A stretch of 64,000 nt of DNA from Psammoneis japonica (lineage: Eukaryota). Every line of letters begins with the position of its first letter. Within the stretch, counting starts at the first letter, position 1. A model generated the notes under the pieces. It saw only the letters and a list, made by a program, of their open reading frames with translations, made no database searches and had not been told where the DNA came from. This document shows positions 1-12,900 of this stretch, piece by piece. Location: contig QPGO01000199.1 in NCBI GenBank assembly GCA_008632985.1, positions 62,001-126,000 of the forward strand, read 5' to 3'. The position numbers were made by a program, and so were the translations under genes.

Positions 1-3000
1 CACCTCAAAACTCATGCTTTTCCACCAGGGCTGACAGATGAAAATGCTGACTTTCTGTTTCAGTGGGCCAAGACAACAAAAATCTTGCTGTTGTGTGGGG
101 TGCATGGGTTGAGAAGCTGACAAAGGCATTTGTGCCAGATGGGCCTCATTGGCTGGCATTTTTTGTGGTGTTTTCTGTGTGGCCAGAAGTTTGTGTGTCC
201 ACAGTGTGCAAAGTGCTTGTGGCACTGCCTTTGCAATGAACTCTTCTCATCAGACCACACAGGCCAATGGCTGTTGCAAAGTGGTTGTCTGTCCCCCTTT
301 CACAAAGTCTGTTGAGAAAACAGATGCTTTTGGTGCTCTTCAACTGGGGTGCTCTCATCACTGTTGCATGGATGACATTGGCATTGAATGTGCCCATGTC
401 CACACAAGCCTGTTCACCACCAAAAAACATGTGCTCTGAAAAAACATGTTGTCTCAACTGTGATCAGAATTTCAAACTGCTGACTGTGACAAACCGACAT
501 TGTGCTCTGTGCTCCAATTCAAACTGCTGACTGTGACAAACAGACACAGTGCCAAGCATGACAACAACAAACCACAAACTTTGTTGGCAGTCTTGCAAAC
601 AAACTGCAAGAGTGTGGCTGCATGAGTGGCCATGATTGGGAGGAGCTCAATGTTTCTGAGGGTCTCATGTTGCAAGCTGTGGTTGATGAATGCAAAAATG
701 AGGAGAAATGCTGAAAGAGATGCTGCTGCAGTGCGTGACAGACTGCTGCCATGACACCTTGACAATGGCTTGAAGAGCCAAAATGTGGTGCATTTCACAA
801 AGAAGTCTCTTCCTCTGATGCAGAGAGGAATCTGAGAGAGCAATGATGACAAGTGGTGCTTGTCACAGGACTGGAACCAGAGATGGAGGCAAGAATGCAC
901 ATCTTTGAGCAGCTGAGTTTTGTGCCATGCTGTTGGGCAACATCTGGGTGAGTTGCTCAAGGAACCACATGGCAGCTTGGTGGGTGGCAACCAGATGCCA
1001 GTGGCACAGTCTAATGACAGGGGAGCCACAGAAGTTGAGAGTTGGATGGAGGGAGATGCAAGCACAGCTTGGTGCTCAGCTGCTTGAGGATGATGCTCAG
1101 AGCTCAGGCAGAAAATGGCGGGCCTGGCAGGCAGCATTGGATGAAGCCCTCCAGCTGCAGAAAGGCGCGCCATTTGCTGGGGTCATTGCGAGACACCAGC
1201 ATGTTTTGGGATGGGCAGCCACAGCAGAGGTCAAGTGAAGAAGAGAGAGGGGGAGAGTGTGGTGCAAAAGACAGGGTTGGCATCAAAAACCTCCCTGCAA
1301 ATCTCACAAGAGCACTCATTAAAAACGTTGATGAGGTCAAGGGTGAAAAAGGAGTGTGTTGGAATTTCTTCATCCAAGCAGCAGCAGCAGCCAAGGCAGT
1401 TGAGGCCACCTTTGGTGGCTGCCATCCCTGAGAATTGTCTGTCTCTGGGAGGAGGGAGCAGAGGCAAGGGCAGGAGCCTTGGCAGTCATGGCAAAAGTGC
1501 CTTGACACACTGGGTGGCCATGGGGCGCAACTTGTTGGGGTTTGTTTGGTCTCTGTGTGGCGCCAGCACCAGATGGACAAAGCAGCTGGCTGGCATGAGC
1601 AGGCTGATCTCATCAGGGGGGCCGCCAAGCTGGCTTGAGCCAGGAGAATGAGCTGATTGAGTGTTGCAAAGCAGGGCCTTGTTTTGGATTTGAGGGTGGT
1701 GCAGAGACTTTCAAGAGGGGGCACAGGCCTGGAGTGCATGTCAGCAGCAGAGTCGACGCAACAGTGTGCCTGGCTTGCACACTTGCTGAGAGCTGCCAGG
1801 AGAAGAGCTGCTCATCTGGCATTTGAAGGGTGGGCAATTCGGGGAGGGCACAGGGATTGTGTGATGGGATGCGAACGGGGCATCATGGCATGGCTTGGGG
1901 GCATCGACAAGCAAAGAGCGGACAGACAGGCAGACGTTCACTTCTAAAAAGCGAGGGACGACATGGAAACCGCAAACGCACACACCCAAAAAATTTGGCG
2001 CGCGATGTTCTCGTGTTCCGCTTTGCGTGTTCGTTGCTTCCATGATGCTCCATGCACTGCACACACAAATGAACGAGAGAAAAATCGTGTCACCTTGAAC
2101 TTGATGCCGGATCCATCCTTCACCTCTTTCTCAACAACAACATCCATCTCGTTCGCATCAAGCATTGATGAAATTTTGACAGACATGAAGCACTTCAGTC
2201 TTCTCATTCTTGTTTCGACTCTTGCCAAGTCCATCAATGCTTTTGCGGGGGTGAGCACTCGCCCTTTTGCCGCTCATCATTCCCAGGCACCTCGGCCAAA
2301 ATTGATCCTCATTGGCGGGAGTCCTGGTGCTGGCAAATCAACTTTTGGCATGAGAGCGTGGCACTCGATCAGGGCATGCTGAGGTGCACATCTGCCGATG
2401 CAGTTCAAGCTGTCATGAGATCTTTTGTCAGAGAGGGTGTTAGTCCAGCCCTTCATTGTTCTTCCTGCGAACCATCGGGAGAAGATGACAACCCCGTCAA
2501 GAGCTGGAAAAAGACTTGCACAGTGCTGGAGGCGAGTTTGAGCAGTCTGGCTCTTGACGCCATTGAACGAGGCCAGAGCCTGGTGCTAGAGGGAGTGCAC
2601 ACAATGCCATCGTCCGACTTGATTGAACTGTGGGAAGCAAGCGGTGGAGTTGCGATTGGGTGTCTCTTGACCATCGCTGACGAAGAGGGGCACAAGGGAC
2701 AGCTGCACCGCCGTGGCCCAATGACTGGAAAGGATGCGCCAGAGGAGAAAAAGATCAAGTCCTTTGAGCGGATTCGAGCTGTTCAGGATGAGATGATGGC
2801 TCTCGCTCAAGCTTCCAAGAATTGGGTCCTTGTCGAACAGAATCTTGCGCCCAATCCGCTCGACATCATCCAGTCAAAAATTCTGGATTCCACTCTAGAA
2901 GCAACCAACTCTGGTGTGCCAACCCTCGAAGAATTGTCTCACTTGGAGCAGCATTTGGCACAAGTGGAGGAGGAAATGGATTTGGCGCCAACCGAGGAAG

Positions 3001-3090
3001 CATCGGAGGAAGATGTGCCTGGCGATGGTGTTCATCGCGAAGGAGCTTCATTCTGAGATCATGCTTTGAAAATGTGTGCAGGAATGCATG
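1..3090. other. TpA-depleted (hypermutated) block 1
   Basis: TA dinucleotides are almost absent. CG is also nearly absent in about 1-1000 but present from about 1750 onward. Overlapping Tyr-free, Cys/His-rich ORFs occur in all frames. TA resumes at about 3095 (gctagtctagctacc). Confidence 0.85.
2185..3056 (+). pseudogene. P-loop kinase-like (2-phosphoglycerate-kinase-like) protein with N-terminal signal peptide, TpA-mutated and frameshifted
   Basis: MKHFSLLILVSTLAKSINAF leader, Walker A LILIGGSPGAGKSTFG, frameshift near 2355, then ALDQG..C.S.D.V.AVMRSF...SPALH.SS and SLVLEGVH motifs. The protein contains no Tyr. Confidence 0.7.
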
Positions 3091-4594
3091 GTGCTAGTCT
3101 AGCTACCTTATGTGTAAAAGCGACCCTAACGCTGCCTAAAATCAATGTGTGTCAGCATCAATGCTCCTGCTCCGACAAGTCCCTGCAAAATGCAGCGGGA
3201 GAGAAGAATCATTTGTTCTGTCTCAGAGAGGAGATTTCCTGACCATCTGTCACTGTTGTCATTGCATGCAATGCAAGACACATTTTTTGGAAACATAAAT
3301 GCCATTGCATTCCTTCTCTCTAGTCTACTCTCTAGTCTCTAGAGAGCCTGCCGCAAAAAGGAAACAGGCTCTCGCACGTTTACCAGGACCAGACCGGCGG
3401 AGAGACACAAATCAGTCACGAAACGGTTGACACTCGTGACTGACTTCTCAAAGACCAGCGATAGACAGCAGATTGAAGATGGCAGATGCCATTGCGACCA
3501 ATTGCGACGATGTTGTAGTTGTAAATTGTGTGGCAATTCTCAACAGCGAACGAAACGAAGACTTGTTTTGCAACGGAACGGGCTTTATCAATTACCATGG
3601 CATTGCAAGAATCGTAATGCAATGATAAAGTGAGTTTGCTACTCTACGGGAGAGAGCATGACTGTTGTTGAAGCTCGGCAGGATTGTTCATTGCGTACCG
3701 GTACTCATTTCTCTTTGTGCCTACGTTCGCACTAGATTCCTCTCTCGATAACGAACGCCCCAACGGTTGCGGTGCTTCGACTAAAGACAGAACCAAAGGT
3801 GACGGATTTAGGAATGTGTGCGATTGAATGCAATGGAAAATCAAATGGAAGACAATTGGTGTAACAGTGGCGACGAAATAAATCGGGCCTGACAATCTTA
3901 CAACGCAATTACTTGAATACAAGAACGCGGAAAAGAAAAAAAGTTAGGAACAAAGAGTCGAGTCCGCACAAAGCAAGCGCAAGATGATCGAATGCAGATG
4001 GTTCATTCGCAATCACTGACGTGGGCATTGTACAATTCCTGGTGCCAAAGCTGGTGCAGATCCCACAAGTCGTTCGATGCAGAAACCTAACACTCTCGCA
4101 AATCTCCATACTCTCACAGTCACGACATTATCGCCTATAAAGAGCAAAAGACCCAACAATAACTCTCTTGAAGACTCCTGTTGTGATCGAAACTAAGGGA
4201 AAAATCGCGTTGTCTCCCTAACGAGGGTGCTGACTTGATGAACAAAATAAGAACTCTGGAATTGATAGATTGAAAATAAGCAACAGCGCATCTACAATTG
4301 GCACTTCCACGTCTGCTGGAGAAGCAACAGCGGAAAGTGATGGAAGTGAGACTAGCTAGAACACCGAACAGAACGTTGCAGTCCCAGCATACTGCGACAC
4401 CTCGTGACAAATATGCAGGCTAACGAGAATGTCCACAACAAAAACAGCAGTTACGGGATCGACTCTAGCCTCGAGAGTCACCGAATAAGCTTGACGAAAT
4501 GGCTGGAGAAATCATTATGTATGATCTTTGAGGATACTGATTAAAGCGAGAGTCAGTCCAGGTCGAGTGTGCTGAGAACTCTTCTGGCGACGGC

Positions 4595-5947
4595 TTGAAG
4601 CCATCGCGTCTGAATCAATGGATCGAGAAGATTTACAAGAAAATGAGCCTTTCAGAAGCGACTCGTACCAAACTCAATAAGCACAGCAAAAGTAGAAGGG
4701 GACATTCCAATTTAAACGCACGTGCTGTCTCTCCACCCAGCAGCCGCAGCGACGGCTCATCACCGAGCCCTGCTTCTGCTTACAGTAGAGCGAGCCAATA
4801 ACATCATGATGCGGAGCTCACGGCTGTGTGAGATTCAAATGAAGGCACAACAGACAGCACGGATGATCAAAGCATCACTCTAAGTTGTTTCTCTTTCACA
4901 ACTGAAGCGGGATTTCTCATACCTGGATTTCAGCGGACAAGTGGCTGTCGAACGCGGAACAATGTAGAGTACTTGGAAAGGCATCTCGGGGGTGCCACCC
5001 CCGGAGATATCTCTGCTGTCGTCTCCTCTGGTGACGTTAAATCTGCACAGCAACTTAACTCAAAAATAGCAGAGACGACGGGCATAGTTTCTTACAAGAG
5101 TTGACGAACCTGCGTCCCTTTCCAGTTTGCCAAGCTGACGTATTTGCTTGTCCTGGACGTTTCAAACTTGGGCTACTTGGGAGAGTTCAAACGAAAGGTA
5201 CTTCAGGGATTGCACGTTGTAAAAGACCTTCGGAATCGGCGGGAACTACTTCAATAGTCGAATTGGATTGGCAAGGCCAAGTCTCTCGAGTACCTTCGCG
5301 TTGAAAACGCAGGCATTACTTGCTCCTTCTACAGACATTATGAGTACTTCTCCCACGAAAAACACCCCGAGTAAGAAGCTCGTTTTCCCTGAAGAAGTCC
5401 CAGCGTTGTCAACGAAACGCAGAAAGAAGAGATCAACGCCCAAAAGGTTATGGATATGTTTCCCTCTGCTAAAAAGCTTATGGGAATGGACTTGGGAGAC
5501 TTGGCTTCTGCTCTTACTACGGCGTCTGTAAAACAGAATGATTTGAAATTTGAGAAGGATGTGTTGGAGTTAGCCATAAATCATCACTCCCCATTGGTTG
5601 AAAAGCGTGTTAATCCGCTCACCACCCAGACTGCCAAAGTGCATCCGCCACGGGCGCCGCATCCGACAAAATTTGGCTGAACGTGAGTTAAGCGGGTTGC
5701 TCAGCAAAAGAGACAAGTACTTCAATGACTTGGACCCGTCGGGTGGATTGCCATCCGAGATTTGTCGCCCATGACCTTTATGCAACAAAAGGCATTGGGT
5801 AAGTCCTTCCGTTCATCTCTGTGGTCGCTACGGACGATTCAGAGCACCGGGATTCCTCCCATGCCAGGAGCGCTGCCGAATACTCATATGAGTCGGGAAG
5901 TCTGTCTGGAAACTGTTCCACCACTTACTTCTTCAAACTTCTGTTGA
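4595..5947 (+). pseudogene. Fragmented hypothetical coding region
   Basis: Several adjacent protein-like ORF pieces (4595-4801, 5268-5531, 5450-5680). No recognisable domain. Confidence 0.2.
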
Positions 5948-6073
5948 CCAAAAGCAACAGCGACAGCTGACATTGCACGCTTCTCCTCTACGGCCCTTCA
6001 ACAACCTCGAAAAGATACGGGACAGCTAAGAACGGTTGAATCCAGTGCCGTAAGGTGTTATCAGGTTTGCTGG

Positions 6074-8089
6074 TTAATTGCTGGCGGTCCCGTTTGTGTG
6101 CTCTGTTTGTTTCCAAGTTGAAAGTGCAGTGGACACCTTGCAGCTTCTTTCATAGCTATGGAGGTAAATCCCAATACAGGCGATTGGTATGATGCTGCTT
6201 CGGAATCGGCGGGTCTGGCGAAACAAGCTCTCTAAGCGTCTTTGGGTATGAACGGCGCTTGGGTCTTGTGACCGCTCCTTAACCGTGGAGGAAAAGAAAC
6301 TGCCTCCTACTCTTTCGCTCATTCTTGATCATCGGTCCCGAGATTCAGAGCGCTTCCTTTTCAAGAGAGCGAGACAGTCGGCCAGAACAGATATCGAATC
6401 CTCCACAATGCAATGATTGAGAAGCGCAATCTCGTGATTCCTTCCCATAAGATCTAGAAATCCTCGCTTCAGCAGGCGACGAAGGACCGAGACGAAACCT
6501 TGCAATGACGATAATTTCTTTAAGGCAGTTTGATCCCGAAACATGACGGCGTCAATGAGGGAGCCTGACATATATCGCTGTCGAGCAGACAAAAATAGTC
6601 TTTCTTGCCGAGAGAGATAAGTTGCTAGCAACTCACAAGCTCTGCTTGCAATCCTGGTTGCTTCTGAGTGTCCTGAAATACTTGTCAGAGCTACTGAAAG
6701 GTAAAGCATCGCCGAAAGAGTCATGGGATGACAAAGCGGCAAGTGATGCTCACATCCTGCTACCAAAGTATGAAGAATATCATTGGACTTAAACCCATCG
6801 CCACGCTCCATGTGTAGACAAGCAATTCGAGACATGATGTCGTACGGGCGTTCCGTAGTTCGGTCAAGCGTGCTAACCAACCATCATTCCCACTGAAATC
6901 GCTTGATTCGCAACGTCAAGACATCGTGAAAGCGCCATCTCGCACCTAATTTCAATTCCAACTCCTTTCCTTTTCGAGACTTGCTCCCTTTGTTTCTAGC
7001 TGCACGAAACTTCGAAAGACAGTTTTTAAAAATAGCCAGGTCGCGCGGATTGTGGTGACCGTCTTTTGAAACGAACGTTGTGATGGTGTCCACTTCGTCA
7101 TCTTGCCAAGGCTATAGCAGCAATGTTGGTGACAACGCCCCTTGAAGAACCCAACGGTGGCCGTTGCTTTACCTTCTTCGCTTGTGTCGACGCAATATGT
7201 TTCATATCAGTATCTCCTGTTGCAGAATCATCGCTAGGCTTATTACTGGTTCTGGAAGATGCTGCCGCAGCAGCGGCGGCTGCGGCGATGCCACCAATGG
7301 GGGGTTCGGTGCTCCTTCTCTTACGACGAGATGCCGCCGCCACAGCAATAACCCCCGCCAGCGATAAAGGGAGGTGTGGCAGAACCAAGAGCTTTCTGTA
7401 GCTTCTTAATCATCTTTTCTGTACCAGTAGATGGTTCAAGGACTTCAACATGCGATTTCGCGTCGTCGGGCTTTCGTGAAGCATTCTCCCCTTCTGTTGG
7501 GAGGTGAAGTTAAAGTGGCAGTAGTGGCACGTGAAGGAGCACACGGTGATGGCTGCTTTGCCCATGGTGCTTTCGATGCAGAATGTACGTCACCAGCACT
7601 TTCATGATCGAGATGCTTCTTCTTAGCTTTCAAACGTGAAGCCGCTGCAGCAACCGCCGCTATTCCCCCACCGGTGGGTTTGGTTGACGGTTGACGTCGA
7701 CAGCAGTGGTAGCGTTTGCTGACGGACCCGTCGGAGACGCATGCGTTGCTTTCTGTGGCTCCGACAAAACATCCTGGGCACCACTGTTTTCGTCATCGCG
7801 GCAGCTGCAGCAATACCCCCGACAGAGATTAAGGGAGGCAGGGAAGAAACTAGATCACCCTGTCGCTCGTCAACAGTCACTGCTTCTGCTGGTTCAGAGA
7901 TTCCGGTACGTTCGCTGGGCTCTCTAGTGCTGCTTCATCCTTCGCTGTGAACGGTGGGGCGTCTGATGGTAAAGGCAAGCACGCGAGGCAGCTAAATGTG
8001 TCGAGTTTCCACAAGGCCTCCAGCTGTACGCAAAATTCAGATTGGAATATTTTCCGCATTGACAATCCAGATGTGGAATTTACCCGCAC
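6074..8089 (-). pseudogene. Interrupted hypothetical protein gene (low-complexity N-terminal part, helical C-terminal part)
   Basis: Chain of minus-strand ORFs (7877-8089, 7623-7880, 7445-7633, 7098-7388, 6884-7093, 6329-6880, 6074-6322) separated by TGA stops and frameshifts. Confidence 0.4.
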
Positions 8090-8264
8090 TGGGTGCCGTT
8101 GTTATCTGCACACTCCGACAATTCAACCGGTGTAGCCGCGTTTCGGAAGCAGAACATACACTATTAAGCTGGTGACGATACCATGGCACATATGCAGGCA
8201 AACAAAGAAACGTTGCAAAGCTTACTTTGAGGTCGCAAAGGCCTTGCGTTGGCGCCGTTAATGG

Positions 8265-8390
8265 TGACTGACTTGGAGCGGGACTCTTACTTGGAGCCGA
8301 GGTAGGCGATTAGCTTGGGGCCGGGTGTGTACTTGGAGCTGCCCTGGGTGTTTCGCTGGGAGCAGGACTCACACTTGGTGGCCGGGTCAT
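8265..8390 (-). other. Ser/Pro/Thr (PT-type) repeat coding fragment
   Basis: Minus-strand translation TRPPSVSPAPSETPRAAPSTHPAPS*SPTSAPSKSPAPSQSP with an internal stop. Confidence 0.4.
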
Positions 8391-9650
8391 ATGTATTGGC
8401 GAGTTGCGTGGGTGTCAACGAAGAAAAACCCAATATTCTATGCAGCTGTCAATTCTATTCGTCTCAAAGCCTCTAGTCGACCCTGAGGCGTGCATATCGA
8501 CGCGCTCAACAAGGCCAACTTCGAAGACAAGCTCGAGGATTCTGATTTGGATTGGAGACTTGTTTTGCGGCTGATGCAGGTATTCAATATTATCTAGCCA
8601 GGTGATGGATTCTTCACCTCAGAAAGAGGAAAAACGGAGCTTGGTACATACAGTCGGACAAATAAGCTCATGAATTTAGAATCGTTTGTTTATTTCTGGA
8701 GAGTATTCTAGCTAGCTACTTAATTAAGAATATTGATATTCTTCTGTTGCTCCGCCAGTTTGGCAGAACACGACGAATCTGAATCCATAAAAAACACAAG
8801 GCAATCAGCGCCGAAATAGTCCAGCACATACTGAATATCGTCTTGGAGCGTCCCGTAACGAATACCCCATCGTGGACCCAATCTGAAAAAAGAGAGCGGT
8901 GTGGTACGAAAACAGAAACGACGGCATCAAAGGATGCAACAACATCGCAATAAGCACTACGACCGTCATCGTAGTCCATTGACTTACGTACGGAATAACT
9001 TATGCGCAAATAGAGATTGCTATACTGTACTTTTAGTCTTTCTACTTCTCATTTGTAAAAGTTCAATTGTGTTTCGAATATTTGAAACACGCCAATATCA
9101 AAAGTTGATAGAAATCGGTCGCGTAGGATAACATTGCCTCAAGAGCACCATCAAAAGATGGAGCTCAAGCTTTTTCCTATTTTCGGGGTGGAAAACCATC
9201 CCCAAAAAAAGAAAAAGGGGGGACGTACTACGGAGACAACAAGAGAACTTGCGAATCAACCGCGTGCTAAATCAACACTCCCTACGAGTGAAGACTTACC
9301 GTACCACGTCACTGGTACGACGGAACCCCAAACCCCGCGTTCCGTCAACGGTATGATCTGCTTGGCGAGCTTTTGCTGCTTCGCAGACGAACGCTGCTGT
9401 CTGTTTCAACAGCCGTGACCTGACGGGTCAAGCGAACAGGCAACTTCCTACGGTCAAAGACACAGGAGTAACATGGACTCCAGGCCGGAGACACGCATTC
9501 GATTTGCCCCGACCTCCGGACTTAACTGGCAACACCTACGCCGCCTAGAGACAACACTTCGTGCAAGCAAAACATGTTGTGGAACACCAAACAAGAGAAA
9601 GCAATTAGAACCAGAGGAAGGGCGAGCCATCCTTGGGTATCGCTGCATTC

Positions 9651-9967
9651 TGCCCAATGGCGCCAGGAGATAGTTGATAATGTAGATGTTATACTGTTAG
9701 ATGCTCGAATTGTGAGACGAGATAGAACAGATCTCTCAGAGCTACTCTCTCGGAGATCTCGTGAAATGTGTAGAACGTAGTACTTGAAGCAGTGATCAGA
9801 AACCGAACCCAGACACACACAATAAGTCATTGAAAAGACTTATGGTGTTTAGGATAAGTCATTGAAATGACTTATAGAGAACACGGAGAACATTCTGAAG
9901 AACTCTGATGTATATGGATAAGACACGCACACGATACACTTACGGACAGACACATACACCCACAGCA
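9651..9967 (-). repeat. 3' LTR of gypsy element (largely unmutated)
   Basis: Direct repeat of 14357-14673, preceded on the minus strand by the PPT. Contains 23 TpA. Confidence 0.95.
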
Positions 9968-9980
9968 CTCGCTTCCCCAA
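9968..9980 (-). promoter_or_regulatory. Polypurine tract of gypsy element
   Basis: Minus strand ttggggaagcgag lies immediately before the TG of the 3' LTR. Confidence 0.8.
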
Positions 9981-9989
9981 CTGGACAGT

Positions 9990-12900
9990 TTAGAAGACAG
10001 GGTGAAGACGACGGATATTGATCCGTTCAGTGACGTTGGGAGAGCGCTGGATGGTGACTGTACCGTTGGTATGAATACGTACGATGCGAAAAGGACCCTC
10101 TTTAGGGTTTAACTTGCGTTGGACGTCCTTGGTGGTCACATAAACTTGATCACCGACCTTGTAATCGTAAGGTAAACGGTTGGCATTTTCACGTGCGTTG
10201 TTGCGTAGGACGTTTTGAGCGCGACGTTTATTGATAAATTTCCAATTAGCCAGATATGTCGCAGAAATGACCATGTCACGGCCGAAGACAAACTGAGCAG
10301 GAGTGGACATAAGGGCTGTATGGTAGGTACTGCGTAGAGCCCATGCGACGGATTGAAGTACACCTTCGATTGTTGAATCGTCAAAAGGTCTTGAGCTGAG
10401 ATCCATAGATCGGATGGAATCGCTGATGACTTGGTGGATGCGCTCGACAATCGCGTTTGCTTGTGGATTTTTAACGGTTGTAGGCTTGGGCTTAACTCCG
10501 TAGCTGTCAAGTAAGCCGGTAAATTCAGACGTGAATTCCGGTCCGTTGTCATAAATAACGGACTCGGGTCGCGGATAACGACAGAACCATACCCGATCTA
10601 CGATTAGTGAGATGTTTTCGGAGGTCTTGGAACTGTATGATGATAACTCGGGCCAACGAGTAGCAACGTCGATCATAGAGACGGCTTTGATAGATCGGTC
10701 AATGCCGCTAATATCGGTAAATGTCCAGGGCCCAAAGAGATCGGCTTGCATAACTTGCCACGGTTTGTACACGACATCTGGTGGCGGTAATTCGCCGTAC
10801 TGTTTCACGGTGCGTTTTTGTTTTTGACAAATTTGGCATTCACGAACGAAACGGCGAACCAATCCTTGCATGTTTCGAATGTAGAAGTGGGAAGCAAGAG
10901 TAAGGTAGGTGCGATTAGCTCCAGGATGACAGAGAGAATCGTGATACCAGCGTAACACGGCTGGGAACAAGGTGGATGGAAGGACGATCTTGTCGTTCCG
11001 TAGAATGATACGATGTTTCTGAAACTGATGGCTTGCATAAATGGAAGAGGTTGTCTTGCGAAGCTGAAGAGACTTGTCGGCGGCTTGATGTTCCGCAATA
11101 CGGTCATAGGTTACTGGAAATTCATTTTCAGAGAGTTCCAGAGTCATGGCTTCTTCAAAGTCGTCAGTAGAGACGTCGATGACTGGATGGCGACTCAAAA
11201 AGTCGGCGATGATGTTGTTTTTGCCAGGACAATATTCAAAAGTGTAATCATACTCTTCCAATAAGAGACGCCAACGTTTGACGCGTTCCGACTTAAACCT
11301 GTCAAAGGTTAAGTTTTTGTGGTCGGTCTTGGCATGTACTCGATATCCAAATAGGATGTTACGAAACGCATTCATTGTTTCGACGATGGATGGTAATTCC
11401 TTCTCCATAGTAGTATAATTGCGTTGAGCTCTGGATAGTTTGCGACTGTAGAATGCAATGGGCCACTCGCCGTCTTCAAATATCTGAGTTATGACGGCGC
11501 CGAGTTGATAATCGCTCGCGTCGGTATAGACATGGAAGTCGCGACCGAAATCAGGGAAGCGTAATAGAACTTGGCGAGCAATGCTTTTTTTCATAGCTTG
11601 AAAAGCTTGTTCTTCGACATCGGTCCACTTGAACTTGATTTTAGGAGAAACCATAGCCGATAGAGGTGCCATGGTGTGGCTCTTGCGGTGCCATAATTTC
11701 TTATAAAAATTGACGAACCCATTAAACGATCTGAGCTGACTTTTGTTCTTGGGAGAAGCAAAACGAAGGATGGGAATGATCTTTTCCTTCTGAGGTGTGA
11801 TGCCCTTTCTCGTGATATGATATCCTAAGAAGTCAACCTCAGGAGCAGCAAGAAAAGTGCCTTCAATGTGTGCTCGAAGGTTGCTCTCATCGAGTCGACG
11901 AAGCACGAGCTCGATTCGTTGGAGGTGCTGAGCGAAAGTTGATTTTGTAAACAAAAGAATGTTATCGAAGAAAGCACACATGTCTTCCATATCGCCAAAG
12001 TGTCGATTGACAAAGGCTTGGAAGATATCACTCGAAGGCATGGCTCCTTGAGGGAGTCGAAGGTAGCAATATTTGCCCCACGGCAAGATGATAGCACAGA
12101 GTTTGCTCGACTCTCGGTCGAGTACGAAATGACAGTAACCACGGTTGAGATCGAAACAAGTGGCATGCGTAAATCCGTTGATTTTCCAAATCATATCATC
12201 AGGATTTGGTATTGGATGAGGATGGCGAATGAGACATGAGTTGAGGTACCGTAAGTCGGTCAAGAAACGGACTCCGCCGTTTTTCTTTGGTCGGAATAAA
12301 CATGGCGCGCCCCACTCGGAAGTAACATCACGAGTAATAACGCCAATGTTTTCAAGTTCATCGACTTCTTTTCTCGCGATAGGATAAAGGGGTTGAGGTA
12401 TGGTATAAGCCCTAGCACAATAAGGCTTAGAGCCAGGCTTGACTCGGAGTTTGATCGGAGGACCAGGAACTGCACCGAGGGTTCCATCAAATAAATTGGG
12501 ATAGCGACCGAATAATTCCAATAGGTCGTCTTTTTGACTTTCAGTCAAATGGTTGCATCCCGACACCATCTTCTGATAGTTATGCTTGTCATACTCGTTG
12601 CTAGAAATAGCACGGGTCTGACGTTGAATAGCAGCTAGCATAAAATCAGGCAAAGCTGCATCGGCAGGATCGATATTTATAATTTCGTCTCGATCCATTG
12701 ATCCTTCTGGACGCATGGGAATAGCAACATCGTCCCATATAACACTCTTAGTCTTGAAATTGAAGATAAGACCAAGGCTTTGACATGTTCGGCGGCCAAT
12801 AACGATGTCATGGCGCCCGATTGCCTTCTCTTCGATATAAGCATCATTAGATACTTTTTTTGCACTCGTAAATTCTGGGAGTTTGATTTCAATAGTGGCA

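Noticed and set aside
470..545. 24-bp direct repeat ttcaaactgctgactgtgacaaac occurring twice
   Set aside because: Real, but only two copies in decayed DNA with no assignable element.
60..2100. Dense overlapping Cys/His/Trp-rich ORFs in all six frames
   Set aside because: A by-product of TpA loss: TAA/TAG stops and Tyr codons are gone. No domain is recognisable.
9651..9967. Classical RIP (CA>TA) acting on the 3' LTR
   Set aside because: Conserved Tyr codons show TA is the ancestral state, and the TA-containing DNA has normal composition.
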